A stretch of 64,000 bases of DNA, taken from NCBI GenBank assembly GCA_010093605.1, contig MU004196.1:766606-830605 (forward strand), read 5' to 3'. Shown here piece after piece: positions 14,719 to 26,740 of this stretch. Position 1 is the first letter of the stretch; each line of letters begins with the position of its first letter. A program made the position numbers and the translations under genes. The notes beneath the pieces are model-generated. The model was given only the letters and a program-made list of their open reading frames with translations. It did no database searches and was not told the DNA's origin. Source of the stretch: Lophium mytilinum. Lineage: Eukaryota.

Positions 14719-16389
14719 TCATTTCCCATCAGCTAACCCCTCTACAGTCAGTGTCCCAGTCTTCGTAGTCATATACTCAGAAACCGCAACATCCTTCCCG
14801 GATTCCTTCCCATAACCTGACTGTTTCATGCCACCGAATGGCGATTCAGCCGCGGAGGAATTTCCTTTGACCATTAGTATATTCATCTCAACCGCCCCAC
14901 AGCATACTTACCAGTATTGAGCCCAATCATACCCGCCTCTAGATTTTCAAACAGCCGCCAGATTCGGTCTACATTCTTGGTAAAGCAGTACGACGCCAGT
15001 CCCATACTCGTATCGTTCGCTGCCTTGACAGCTTCGGTCTCCTTCTCGAACCTGATGAACGTGCATATCGGCGCGAATATCTCCTCGGAAGCAATTTCCA
15101 TGTCGTCCGTAATACCGGTGATGACGGTCGGCTCGAAGAAGTAGCCTGTGGTATTTGAAATCTTGTTCCCACCCATGAGGATACTTGCGCCTTTCTTCTT
15201 TGCGTCGGCGACAAGGGAAAGTGCTTTCTCAACCCCTCGGGGAGTGGTGACGGGGCCCATAGTTGTGGCCTTGTCAGCGCCGTGTCCGACGATGAGCTTC
15301 TTCGATTCTGTGTTCCATTTCGCGAGGAAAGCGTCGAAGATGCCGGCCTGTAAGTAGACGCGGTTTGCAGTGACGCACGCCTGGCCCGCATGTCGCCACT
15401 TCAGCGCAAAGAGCTGACCCATTGCTTGATCGAGGTTCGCATCATCGAAGATCAGAAACGGACAATTACCCCCAAGTTCCAGCGTCACTTTCTTTAGCCC
15501 GTCTGAACACAGTTTCGCGATTAACTTACCCACCCGCGTCGAACCCGTGAACGTGACCTTCTTCACTTGGGGATGCCGGCACAGCGCCTCGCTCAACTCA
15601 GGCGTCTTCTCAAGATCTGTAGTGAGCACGTTCAGCGCGCCCTTCGGAAATCCAGCTTTGTCAGCTAGATAGGCAAGAGCGAGACATGTTATCGGCGTCT
15701 CTGGGGATGGCTTAACGACCATCGTGCAACCGGCTGCTAAAGCAGCACCAGCTTTCCTCAGCACCATCGCTATGGGGAAGTTCCACGGCACCAACGCCGC
15801 TGCAACACCTAAGGGTTGCTTGATAGTGAAGACTCGCCTATCCGGGGCAGAAGGCGTGAAAACGGTTCCTTGGATCCTCTCCGCTTCGCCGGCGAACCAC
15901 CACGTGAAGCCGGTGGAGTACTCGAGCTCGCCGTAGGCTTCTGAGCGCGGCTTTCCAGTTTCGTAGACCAGGAGCGTGGCGAGATCTTCGCGGTTCTCGC
16001 GGATCAGAGAGTCCCACTTGAAGAGCATCTGAGCTCGGGAACGAGGGCTGATCTTCTTGTAAGACTCGAAGCAGGTGTGGCAGCTTTCAACGGCAGCATC
16101 AACGTCGGCTGCATCGTTCGTGGGACAAGAAGCCCACGGGTTTCCGGTTCCGGGGTCTTGGAAATGTCAGGATGTGTTCAAGTCAGTGTATGGAATGTGC
16201 TTGCCTATGACTTCGAAGAAGTTCCCGGATTTGGATTTTACCCATTCTCCATGCACAAATGACTCGGTGTGGAAGAGGTCGGGATTGTCAAGCTGTACGG
16301 TAGTCGATGATTTAGTACTCGGAGGTTGAGGTACAAGAAGCAGAAAGCAGATAGTGTACCTTGAAGGGTAGCTCGTACGCCTTTGCCAT
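14719..16389 (-). CDS. Succinate-semialdehyde dehydrogenase-like aldehyde dehydrogenase
   Basis: PWNFP, FTGSTRVG, LELGGNCP, catalytic Cys in AGQACV, EEIFAP, ESPFGGMKQSGYGKE. ATG 16389 (MAKAYELPFK), stop 14719, three introns. Confidence 0.92.
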
Positions 16390-17079
16390 GATTACGAAAA
16401 TGGGGAGAAGAGATGAGATAGAACACTAGATGCAATAGTTTTACGAGAAGTAAAGACACTGTGAGACTAGCCTTTCTGCCTCTGGGTCGTTCTGCGATTC
16501 TGTATATGCTGACTCGAGCTAACCGCCTCGGCCTCGTTGGAGCAGATGGAAGAAGCTGGCTTGTGATGTTAGAGGATACTTCCGCTGAACAGCGTACAGC
16601 GTACGTTGCCACACGTGGGGTGTTTGTAAGTGGTTCTCCCTACGCTAACGACAATCTACTCCTAGTCTCTGGATGGTCATTGATGAAGAGTGGGACGATG
16701 TCGGGAATGGAGGATGGGGAGCCTAGCAAAGCTCCTAGCTGGATCTATTTAATGTCGTAGAACAACTAACTAACTTCACAACGTCACACCCCTTGCCCCT
16801 CATCCGAATCCCCACCTTTATGGTCACCCCGGGAATTGTAAAGCTTCTGGGAAGCTGCTAATTGGATGCTTTCTTCCCATGTAAAGTAGCGACGATGCAC
16901 GGTTCGGAGCTCGAATGAGGGGCAGGAACCCCTCATTCGAGCTCCGACTATGAACTCTCTGAGTTTTGATAGCTTCGGCAACAACAATTTCAAAGACAAG
17001 TAGCCAAGACTGACTGCCTCCGTGGACAAACCACGAACCTCATTTACTCGCCCTATAATTCATACCTCCCATTTCCAAC

Positions 17080-17966
17080 ATGGCGTCAAGAGGCCGCCTT
17101 GAGGGCAAGGTCGCCATCGTAACCGGTTAGTCACTCCCTCTTACGATGACTCTGCTTTAAGTCAAAGACTATATTAATCTCCATCATTTACAGGTGCCGG
17201 TTCAGGGTTCGGAGCGGCGATATCAAAAAGCTTTGCGAACGAAGGCTGCAAAGTCATAGTCGCAGATATCAATCGCGAGGGTGGAGAGAAGACTGTCGCC
17301 GAGAAATCGTCCCACATGGCCTTCCATGAAATGAATGTCACGAAAGCGGCAGACTGGAAAGCTACCATGGACGCGGCTGTGGCAAAGTTCGGAAAAGTAG
17401 ACATTCTCGTCAACAACGCGGGGACGTCGTACCGGAACAAGCCCACTATGGAGGTAACGGAGGAAGAGTTTCAGCGGACCTTCGATGTCAATGTAAAAGG
17501 GGTGTACCTGGGATGCAACGCTTTCATACCTCACGCCATCGAGCGAAATGAGGGCGGAGTGGTAATAAACATCGCGTCTGTCGGAGCTACTAGGCCGAGG
17601 CCGGGGTTGGTGTGGTATAACGCTTCAAAGGGCGCTATATGGAACGTACGGTGCCCTCAATCGGTCTTGGGCTTCTGATGAGACTAATGTACTTCTCAGG
17701 CAACAAAGGGCCTGGCTGCGGAATACGGTCCCAACCAAATTCGAGTCAATAGTATCTGCCCCCTTGTCACAGGCACTGGTCTTTTCTCGTCATTCACCGG
17801 CATGGAAGATACACCGGAGAACCGCCAAAAGTTCATCTTCAATGTACCAATGGGACGGATCGGTGAGGTGGAGGATGTTGCGTCGGCATGTCTCTTCATG
17901 GCCAGCGATGAAGCAAAGTTCATCACGGGAGTCAATCTGGAAGTGGACGGAGGGCGGTGCATTTAG
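17080..17966 (+). CDS. Classical short-chain dehydrogenase/reductase (FabG/TsaC-like), 3 exons
   Basis: LEGKVAIVTGAGSGFG (TGxxxGxG), NNAG, YNASK (YxxxK), IRVNSICP, EVDGGRCI-stop. Confidence 0.92.
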
Positions 17967-18167
17967 CTCTGAGCATGAATTAGAACCAAACCTTTGACAC
18001 ACACGTATGTAGAAGAAGACTCATGCTGTGCAGCCGGGAGCATCATATCTACCCTTGAGGGATTCTAGGTAGTGAAAATATCATAGACCAGAGAGATCCC
18101 GCTTCTACGCCCCAGGATATTCTTACAACATTCGTAGTATATACAGATAGTACAATGCGTGGCCTCC

Positions 18168-18858
18168 TCAGAAAAACCCTGCGTGTGTTCGGACTTCTTC
18201 TTTCGGATACACCTTTCGTTTAATGACTTTAGGAGGTCCTTCCGACTCTTCTTCATGCAAAAGCTCCTCCATCTTTTCGGTCAGCTCTTCCAACTCCTCT
18301 TCTCCATTCTTCCTGTACCTGGTGACTTTGTCGATATTTGTTTGCGTGATCTCGTTGATCGTGTGCTTGTTCCGTCGTACGTTTGCCAAAGTTCGCGCCG
18401 TCATTGCAAACCGCATGTCCTTAGGTCCGTCGACGAGCTCGAGGATTGCAGAAGCCGCCTGATCCTCCTTCAGTGGCTCGATGCGAAGGACACGCGTGTA
18501 TCCTCCCGGTCTCTCCGCATACCGCTCCCGTATTGGGCCGAAGAGTTTGGGTACCATTTCGATAGGTCTCTATAGCAGAGGCATAGAAGTTAGCACTGAG
18601 AAGACCTCTACGACTCAATTGATAATCTAGGGGTCGCCTCACGTAGAATATCTGGTGCGCTCTCCTCCTGCTAGCTTCTGTGTTCTTCTTGCCCAACGTG
18701 ACCAGCTTCTCTGCGAGCCGCTGCGCTTCCTTTGCCTTGTGCCATGTTGTCGATATTGCCTCGTTCTCGAAGAGCGATGTGACGAGGTTCCGGAGCAGCG
18801 CCTGTCGATGCGAAGATTTGCGGCTCAGATGGCGGTATTTCATGTGCCCGCCAGCCAT
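18168..18858 (-). CDS. MRPL8: Mitochondrial ribosomal protein bL17m (yeast MrpL8-like)
   Basis: [57 protein letters not shown]; one intron. Confidence 0.92.
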
Positions 18859-19038
18859 GGCGAGGAGATCAGGCCGAAATCGTCAGCCGCACGTTCGGAT
18901 TGCGGTCGGTAGAGGTGATTGAGGCGGGAAACGGCGGTCGCAATGCAGAGAGGGCTCGGCGGGCTGTAGTGTTGATTCTGTGGACTTCACGGAGGTCCGT
19001 TCGGCAAAGCTCGAACCTCTTTAGCCCATTAGCGGCCG

Positions 19039-19088
19039 CACGTGACTTTTTGTTTCCAAGGTTTGTAAGACGCGCCTACTTAACGCGT
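19039..19088. promoter_or_regulatory. MCB element and E-box in the bL17m/RNR1 bidirectional promoter
   Basis: ACGCGT at 19083-19088, ACGCGC at 19070 and CACGTGAC at 19039. RNR1 is a classical MBF/MCB target. Confidence 0.6.
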
Positions 19089-19181
19089 CGCTGGAAATCT
19101 GCTCCCCTCCATTTCTCCTGCACTCCACCACCAACACCCTTCCTGTCCTCCACCCTCTAAGATATCCAGTCCCCGTTCAAC

Positions 19182-22112
19182 ATGTTCGTCTTCAAGCGTG
19201 GTAAGTGACACAAGCACCAATCCTCCTCGGCCTGCAATTGGGAAGCTCACAATACCCTCCTAGATGGACGCAAAGAGCGTGTCCAGTTCGACAAGATCAC
19301 AGCCCGCGTGTCCAGGCTATGTTACGGCTTGGACCCGGAGCATGTCGACGCCGCTGCAATCACACAGAAGGTCATCTCTGGCGTGTACCAGGGTGTGACG
19401 ACCGTCGAGCTTGACAACTTGGTAAGTCACCGCCCTTTCGACGCGTCACACTCCGAATGATCAGTTCTAATCCATTCCTCTGCAGGCCGCTGAGACGGCA
19501 GCATACATGACTGTCACACATCCCGACTATGCCATCCTCGCTGCTCGCATTGCTGTCTCCAATCTGCACAAACAGACAAAGAAGCAATGGTCCGCTGTCG
19601 TGTCGGACCTCTACCACTATATCAATCCCAAGAACAATAAGCACGCCCCGATGATTGCAAAGGATGTGTATGATGTCGTTATGGAGCACGCGGAAGAGTT
19701 GAACTCTGCCATCGTCTACGATCGCGATTTCAACTACCAGTTCTTCGGTTTCAAGACCCTTGAACGATCATATCTCCTCAAGATCAACGGGAAGACGGCT
19801 GAGCGCCCACAGCACATGCTGATGCGAGTCGCCGTTGGTATCTGGGGTGCCGACATTGAGCGTGTGCTGCAGACGTACAACTACATGTCGCTCAAGTACT
19901 TCACACACGCGTCGCCGACCCTCTTCAATGCCGGTACACCCCAGCCGCAGATGTCGTCGTGCTTCCTCATTGATATGAAGGAGGACAGCATTGATGGTAT
20001 CTATGACACGCTCAAGACTTGCGCGTTGATTTCCAAGACCGCTGGCGGTATTGGTCTAGCCGTCCACCGCATCCGCGCTACCGGCTCGTACATTGGCGGC
20101 ACGAATGGAACTTCGAATGGTCTCATTCCTATGCTCCGTGTCTACAACAACACTGCGCGTTATGTCGACCAGGGTGGCAACAAGCGCCCTGGTGCTTTCG
20201 CCATCTACCTAGAGCCCTGGCACGCGGACGTTTTTGGCTTCCTCGACCTTCGGAAGAATCATGGTAAGGAAGAGATTCGCGCACGCGACCTCTTCTACGC
20301 TCTCTGGATCCCAGATCTGTTCATGAAGCGAGTGCAAGAAAACGGCGAGTGGACGCTCATGTGCCCGAACGAATGCCCTGGCCTTGCTGATGTCTACGGT
20401 GACGAATTTGAGGAGCTATATCACAAGTAAGTCTCTTCCACTCTGTCTGAACCCTTTCTTATATGCTTATGTTGTATGACAGATACGAACGAGAGGGTCG
20501 CGGTCGTGAGACTGTACGTGCACAGAAGCTATGGTATGCCATTCTCGAAGCCCAGACCGAGACTGGAAATCCCTACATGCTTTACAAGGATGCTTGCAAC
20601 CGCAAGAGCAACCAGAAGAATCTCGGAACTATTCGCAGCTCTAATCTCTGCACTGAGATCATCGAGTATACCGCACCGGACGAAGTTGCTGTGTGCAATC
20701 TTGCATCTCTAGCTCTTCCGTCATACATCGACTATGCTCGCGGAGAATACGATTTCGCGAAACTGCATGAGGTGACGCAGATCGTGACTCGCAATCTCAA
20801 CAAGATCATCGAACGCAATCACTACCCTGTCGAGGAGGCACGTCGAAGCAACATGCGTCATCGCCCGGTTGGTCTTGGTGTCCAAGGTCTCGCTGATGTC
20901 TTCCTCGCCCTTCGATTCCCCTTCGAGTCACCAGAGGCCAAGAAACTCAACATCCAGATCTTTGAGACTATCTACCACGCTGCTCTCACGGAGTCCTGCA
21001 ATATTGCTAAAGAGCTCGGCCCTTATGAGACCTACGAAGGCTCCCCTGTCTCAGAGGGTATCCTTCAGTACGACATGTGGAATGTGACCCCCACCGACCT
21101 GTGGGACTGGTCTGAACTGAAAGAGAAGATTGCCAAGCATGGCGTTCGTAACTCTCTGCTCGTTGCACCCATGCCTACGGCCTCCACATCTCAGATCTTG
21201 GGCAACAACGAATGCTTTGAGCCGTACACTTCCAACATCTACTCTCGTCGCGTGCTAGCAGGCGAGTTCCAGGTCGTCAACCCTTGGCTTCTTAAGGACC
21301 TTGTTGATATGGGCTTGTGGTCCGATAACATGAAGAACCGCATCATCGCTGATGGAGGCTCGATCCAACGCATCCCGAACATACCCGATGATATCAAGGC
21401 TCTGTACAAAACTGTCTGGGAAATCTCCCAGCGCACGATTATCCAAATGGCTGCTGACCGTGGTGCGTTCATCGATCAGTCTCAGTCGCTCAACATTCAC
21501 ATGAAGGAGCCTACCATGGGCAAGATCACTAGCATGCACTTTGCTGGCTGGAAACTTGGACTCAAGACCGGCATGTACTATCTGCGCACTATGGCTGCAT
21601 CAGCTCCTATCCAATTCACTGTCGACCAAGAGGCTCTCAAGGTTACCGACACAAACATCGCGAAGTCACTCGGCATCGGCAAGAAGCGAGGCATGCCATC
21701 TGGGGCTTACCCAAGCTCACCATCTCCATCGGCTGTCCCTCGACCCATGTATATGGCGAAGACTCCTAATGGTAGCCCGGCCATAACATCCCCGAATGGT
21801 GTACCCACACCCTCTTCCACTCCACCGCCAACCAACGAGAATAAGCGTCTCTCTACTGAAACCTCCCAGAAGGACAGCGCTCTCGCCTCGAAACCGTTCA
21901 AGGCGGATGTTGAGGAAGGCGAAAGTCCTAAACTCCTCAGTACCGACCCTGAAGGAAAGCCTTTGGCTGGCGAGGAGCTTCCGGAGGCTGCCATGAAGCA
22001 AGAAGAGGACAACGACTCTGAGAGTGGTGCGAGAGAAGAGGACATATACGCTGACAAGGTTCTTCAATGCTCTATCGAGAATAAGGAGGCCTGCGTCATG
22101 TGTAGTGGTTAA
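19182..22112 (+). CDS. RNR1: Ribonucleotide reductase class Ia large subunit, 4 exons
   Basis: ATP cone [62 protein letters not shown]-terminal CVMCSG. Confidence 0.98.
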
Positions 22113-24124
22113 AGTCACAGCTTGATATAATGCGGTGCGATGTATGACTTATGTAGATGGGATTGCAGGCGACTGCAGTCTCCTTTTTGTACGATCTTTG
22201 ATGGATCATGGCGTTTCTCTCATGTTCACTGTTGGCTTGTTTACTTATTGGGTATTGGTTTTGTTTTGAGGCCTTAATAGCTCTCGCTGGTGAGCAGCGC
22301 CGAATGCCGTGCTATGGTTGGCTAGTCTAAATATCGGTGCTCATGATTAAATGCCGCAGTGAACCACGGAAGTGAGATATCTAGAAATCACACAGTTGCG
22401 CTCCGGCGAACCGGTGACCTTTGAGTATATAAGGGAACTCTCCTTCTACATGCAAAGGGTGTTGACTCTTGTGATCTTTGCTTTTGCTACATGACTTTCT
22501 AATGGTGTTCCCGTTCACCTTCGTCTTTGCCGTCCGCCGCCTACCCGGATTAGCTAAGACAGGGTCACGTGCTCGACTCCTTTCTTCCCCACTCGCTCTA
22601 TGCTCTCGTCCTTTCACCAGCAGCCAATCTCAAGGACCTGCGGCTTCCAAGCTTCTCCCACATTAACATTCCATCGAATCGTAGAGCATTCCAAAAGTGC
22701 GCCATACAGACCAGACTGCCTGGCTGGGTCGTCCAATCACTGTGCACTCCTGCTGAAATCTCTTCACGACGACAGGCGACGTCGTTCCATGGAACTACGC
22801 GCACTCTCAACCACGGTCGTTTTTGGAATTTTTTTTCCACGCTCTTCTCTCCTATTCCGAAGCCCTTCACTTAAATTCTCTACATCACGTGACTATATTT
22901 TTTTCGGTCATCATCTGTTCTAACAGTCTATCAAACTTCACATCCTATTGCTATATTAGAGCTTTGACCTTCCAAAATCTATTGCATCTCTCTCTGACAT
23001 CCCTCTATCATATCTGATGGATTTCATCCATTGTTCATATCAAGGTCACGTGACTGTGGCCCCTTTCCTTAGATTATCGAGACATCTCTCTTCAATCAGA
23101 GCCAGGAGCTTGCTACTCAGGCTACCTCAGTCTCATGTCTGCAATGTAGTTGCACTATTGGCCGCCTGCCTAGTCTGCGGGCGCCTCCGCTGACTGACTT
23201 CAAGAGATGTGGCCTCTCATCTGAAATACATTCATAGCATTGTCGTTGAGTGGCCCATGGGTTACAAGACCGCATCGACGGATCCTTCACGTCGCGCGCT
23301 CGCTCGCTGTCGTCATCGTTGGGTGGGTCTACTACTGAACCCGTGGAACGCTCTAAAGGACACGGGCGAACATCAGAACGAGGCCTCTACCTGGCTCTAC
23401 TAAGACGGGATTAAACCACTACGGACAGTAATAAGAGGAGCAGTAGGTGCTGATATCTAGCTGTCAGTATGTTGCTCGTTCGAGAATGGTTGTGTCCCCT
23501 TGTATGCATTCTCGTACAGCAACAGGCCACCAGCCTATGCACACTCGTATGCCACTGCTTGGGGTACACCCACAAGCCTCAAGCATCTAGGTGCAATGTC
23601 AACGCTCATGCAGCAGAAACTGAGCTGCCTCTTGGCTGGCGGGTGTCCATCTAACGGAGGGACTTCTGACAGTGGCGTCCAGCTTCCAGAAGCGGCACTC
23701 GAGCAACGGTATATCCGTGCACGCATACTCCTGGCCTACTGCTGTAGCTTACGCTGGGCGTTTATATTGGACTACCTGCGGCTCAACCTCGTTTCATGGC
23801 CCTCATCGTTGCGGGTCTTGACGTACTGCCCGAGCCTAGGCCTTATCGTGTACTGCCCAATCGTGCCATCTTCGTTGTCCATGGTAAACCGTGGTCTAGC
23901 ACGCATGCTCGCTACCAACATCGTGACTGTGAGAGGCATACAAAAGGCCACAATGGTGGCCTTTCCCCTCTCTTCTGCTTCACGTACACTCACACTGAAT
24001 TGCTGACTCTGTGAACTTCTTCATATATTCCCATACGTGACCACACACATCGCCATTATCTATCTAACGAAAGCCCCTACAAGCCCCTTTCGCTCCAGAT
24101 ACTCATCTTTACCCCTGAGCCACC

Positions 24125-24826
24125 ATGTCGCTCACCTCGACGACCCAGCTCTCGTGGAGGAAGAATGCGGTTCCAAATTCCGCCCCTAGCCTTCAAGTCT
24201 CGTCTCAAAAGCCTACAAAGGCCGCTTTGAAGCCCGGGAAGAGGTTCTTCCTCCCAAAGCTCGCAGATATCACGAGCTCAAGCATCGTCCACGGACAAAT
24301 CGGCCCTCGCGAGGCGGGCAAAATGCCCCAACAATTGACGGAGGGTGCATTCGAGCACCCCGTCATCGTCACTTCCTACAGAAATGACGCCGGCAGCATT
24401 ATCGTCACCTGCCACTCCCTCACATCCTGGAGCGAACGCCGCCTCGAAGACGCGTGGTCCCGTCAACGCGAAAGTTGGACGAAAGTGTGCGCGATCGAGC
24501 ACGACAAGGAGGTCCCTCCCCCGGGCGTCAGGCGCCTCCGCCTCGACAAGAAATCGGCCAAACTCGACAAGAGGTCGTACGTATTCCTGTGGACCTTCGA
24601 GGTCGAGGTCGAGAATCTGCGCTTCGACAACGCGGACGACCGCCACGGAGAGGTCGTGCTCGACGAAACAGCCGTCGACTACCTCGTCAACTACGACCGG
24701 GCCCTCAAACCGGTAGCAAGGAGGACCTCTTGCCCGCTTCCTGCCCGCTCTTCACTTCTCGGGCCGCAAATGTCGCCGTTACTCAACATACGGAAACCCA
24801 GGACTACGCGCGCCCAAAGCCAATAA
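24125..24826 (+). CDS. Intronless hypothetical protein, candidate PemK/MazF-like fold
   Basis: 233-aa ORF, ATG in CACCATG context, C-rich codon usage. Motif order PGKRFFLP..HPVIV..LTS..LDKRSYV..VLDETAVDYL. Confidence 0.6.
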   Translation: MSLTSTTQLSWRKNAVPNSAPSLQVSSQKPTKAALKPGKRFFLPKLADITSSSIVHGQIGPREAGKMPQQLTEGAFEHPVIVTSYRNDAGSIIVTCHSLTSWSERRLEDAWSRQRESWTKVCAIEHDKEVPPPGVRRLRLDKKSAKLDKRSYVFLWTFEVEVENLRFDNADDRHGEVVLDETAVDYLVNYDRALKPVARRTSCPLPARSSLLGPQMSPLLNIRKPRTTRAQSQ

Positions 24827-25620
24827 GGGACGATGGCCACGTACACTCACAATACCGACAAAACCAACAAAACCACCGGAAAGCAAGGAAAAGCTATACC
24901 AAACCCCACGAGAAAGGAAGGAAACCTCAAATCCACCCACCGCTGCTCAAGCCCAATCGCTATTGCTCTTCGTGTCTGTTCTTGCTTCAAACTCGCTCTG
25001 GTCGGTTCTAGTAGGCGTATGCCGAACGGGGGCCAGATGTCTTGTGCGGGCACCAGCGCAAGGCTTGGTTGATTTGGTCTCGGTGCTCGGTGGAAGTTTG
25101 CGTTCAATCAAGACGACGAGCGCCCGAAGCTTCTGAGGGACGAGAATCACATACACTCACCAACCCGACAAAACCCACAAAACAACCGGAAAGCAAGGAA
25201 AAGCTATACCAAACCCCACGAGAAAGGAAGGAAACCTTAAATTCACCCACCGCCGCTCAAACCCAAGACGACGAGCGCCCAAAGCTTCTGAGGGACGAGG
25301 ATCACATACACTCACAAAACCGACCAAACCAACAAAACCACCAGACAGCAAGGGAAAGCTATACCAAGACCCCATCACATACACTCACAAAACCCGCAAA
25401 TCCCAAAAAACCACCGGAAAGCAAGGAAAAGCTAAACCAAAAACCTATCACATACACTCACACCATCATTAAACCCACGGAAACCAGCAGAATGCTATAC
25501 CAAAAGCCCACTACATACACTTGCAAAACCGACAAAACCGACAAAACTCACAAAACCACTAGAAAGCTCTATCAAGCCCCCACGAGAAAAGAAGGAAATC
25601 CTCAACCCCGAACGCCGCGG
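24797..25620. repeat. A/C-rich direct-repeat array: 155-bp unit plus 63-73-bp subunits
   Basis: AAGCTATACC-like anchors at 24891, 25201, 25356, 25429, 25492, 25564. Shared CATACACTCAC..AAAACCACCGGAAAGCAAGG. Confidence 0.9.
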
Positions 25621-25847
25621 TCGCTTATTACTCTGATGGATACGATGTGTTTATATATAGGCGTTGATCATGGTATTATTTACGTACGCACGCCTTACTT
25701 CTTCTGCTTTTCGCGACACGAAGCAGCGCTTTCTACACACCTTGCCTGCTTCCCTAACCCTACGCCTACCCACTACTACTCTTCAAAGTCCCCCGAGTGG
25801 GCAGGGTCCTGTCACAACCCGAACAGATCCGCAGAGCACTTGCCTGT

Positions 25848-25945
25848 GTTGCTTTTGGTGCTTTTGGTGCTTTTGGTGCTTTTTGTATTGTTAGTGCTTT
25901 TGGTACTATTGGTGCTTCTCATACTGTTAGTGCTTTTGTCGGAAC
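25848..25945. repeat. Degenerate 9-bp minisatellite (TTGGTGCTT)n
   Basis: gcttttggtgcttttggtgcttttggtgctttttgtattgttagtgcttttggtactattggtgc. Confidence 0.85.
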
Positions 25946-26059
25946 TTGTGCTAGACGAATAGAAACGGGGTGAACACACACAAACACATATCAGATGCAT
26001 GGTGATACCATTTTGTGAATATGGATAATCTTGTGAAGCATGTCGTGACATACTAGCAG

Positions 26060-26740
26060 AAACGACATCAAAATGTCAAGTTTTGCAGCATGGATATCAG
26101 AGGGCGGATTTTCACTCCTAAGTATAACGCTGAGACGCCTCCAGGCGTATGAATATATATTGATGCGTGATGTAAAGAGTGGCTTCCTGGATATCAGCAC
26201 GGTAGATGTCACATCAGGATGGGATAGCGAACCATCCTCACATGTGCACTTGCAAATTCAAACACGATGTAAAATTATGCAGGTTTCATTTCAGAACCTG
26301 AGAGATTATAAGGCATAGTAGGCTAAACCGCCTCAGACCACATAGAAGAAGGTACGTTCTGAGATGCAACAAATTCCGGCTCAATATCACAACTTGGGAA
26401 ATTGCATAGGTGTGGGGGCTGAGACACTTCTGGGCACACCGGACTGGATGCATAGCTGATGTGAAGGATGATAACCTCGATATCAGGACTTGAGAATGTA
26501 CATGGGGGTGGAAAGCTGAGACTCTTTCGGGTATATTAGTTTGGATGCATAGCTAATGTCAATGATGGCAGCCTCGATATCAGGACTCGAGATGATTCAC
26601 GGAGTTTGCAGGCAAAACCACCTCCAGACATACGATCTGAAAAAGGTAATGAATGTAAAGGGCAACGACTTCGAGATCTAGACCCGAGAACTCATATAAA
26701 CATAGTAGGCCACGGCCCCTCCGGATGTATGAGTCGAGGT
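26060..26740. repeat. Degenerate non-coding tandem array, 96-97-bp period, about 7 copies
   Basis: GATATCAG-like anchors at 26093, 26190, 26287, 26383, 26479, 26576, 26673. GCTGAGAC..CTCCAG-like motif at 26129, 26321, 26418, 26515, 26611, 26708. Confidence 0.8.

Noticed and set aside
23469..24014. Overlapping short ORFs upstream of the PemK-like gene
   Set aside because: No consistent codon bias or domain signal.
25042..25962. 306-aa ORF with a poly-LLV tail
   Set aside because: It is a translation of the A/C-rich array and the 9-bp minisatellite; stop avoidance follows from composition.
13830..26740. Interpreting the repeat arrays as CRISPR arrays
   Set aside because: The repeats are long and degenerate, the sequence between motifs is mostly homologous between units rather than unique spacers, there are no cas genes, and the genome is eukaryotic.
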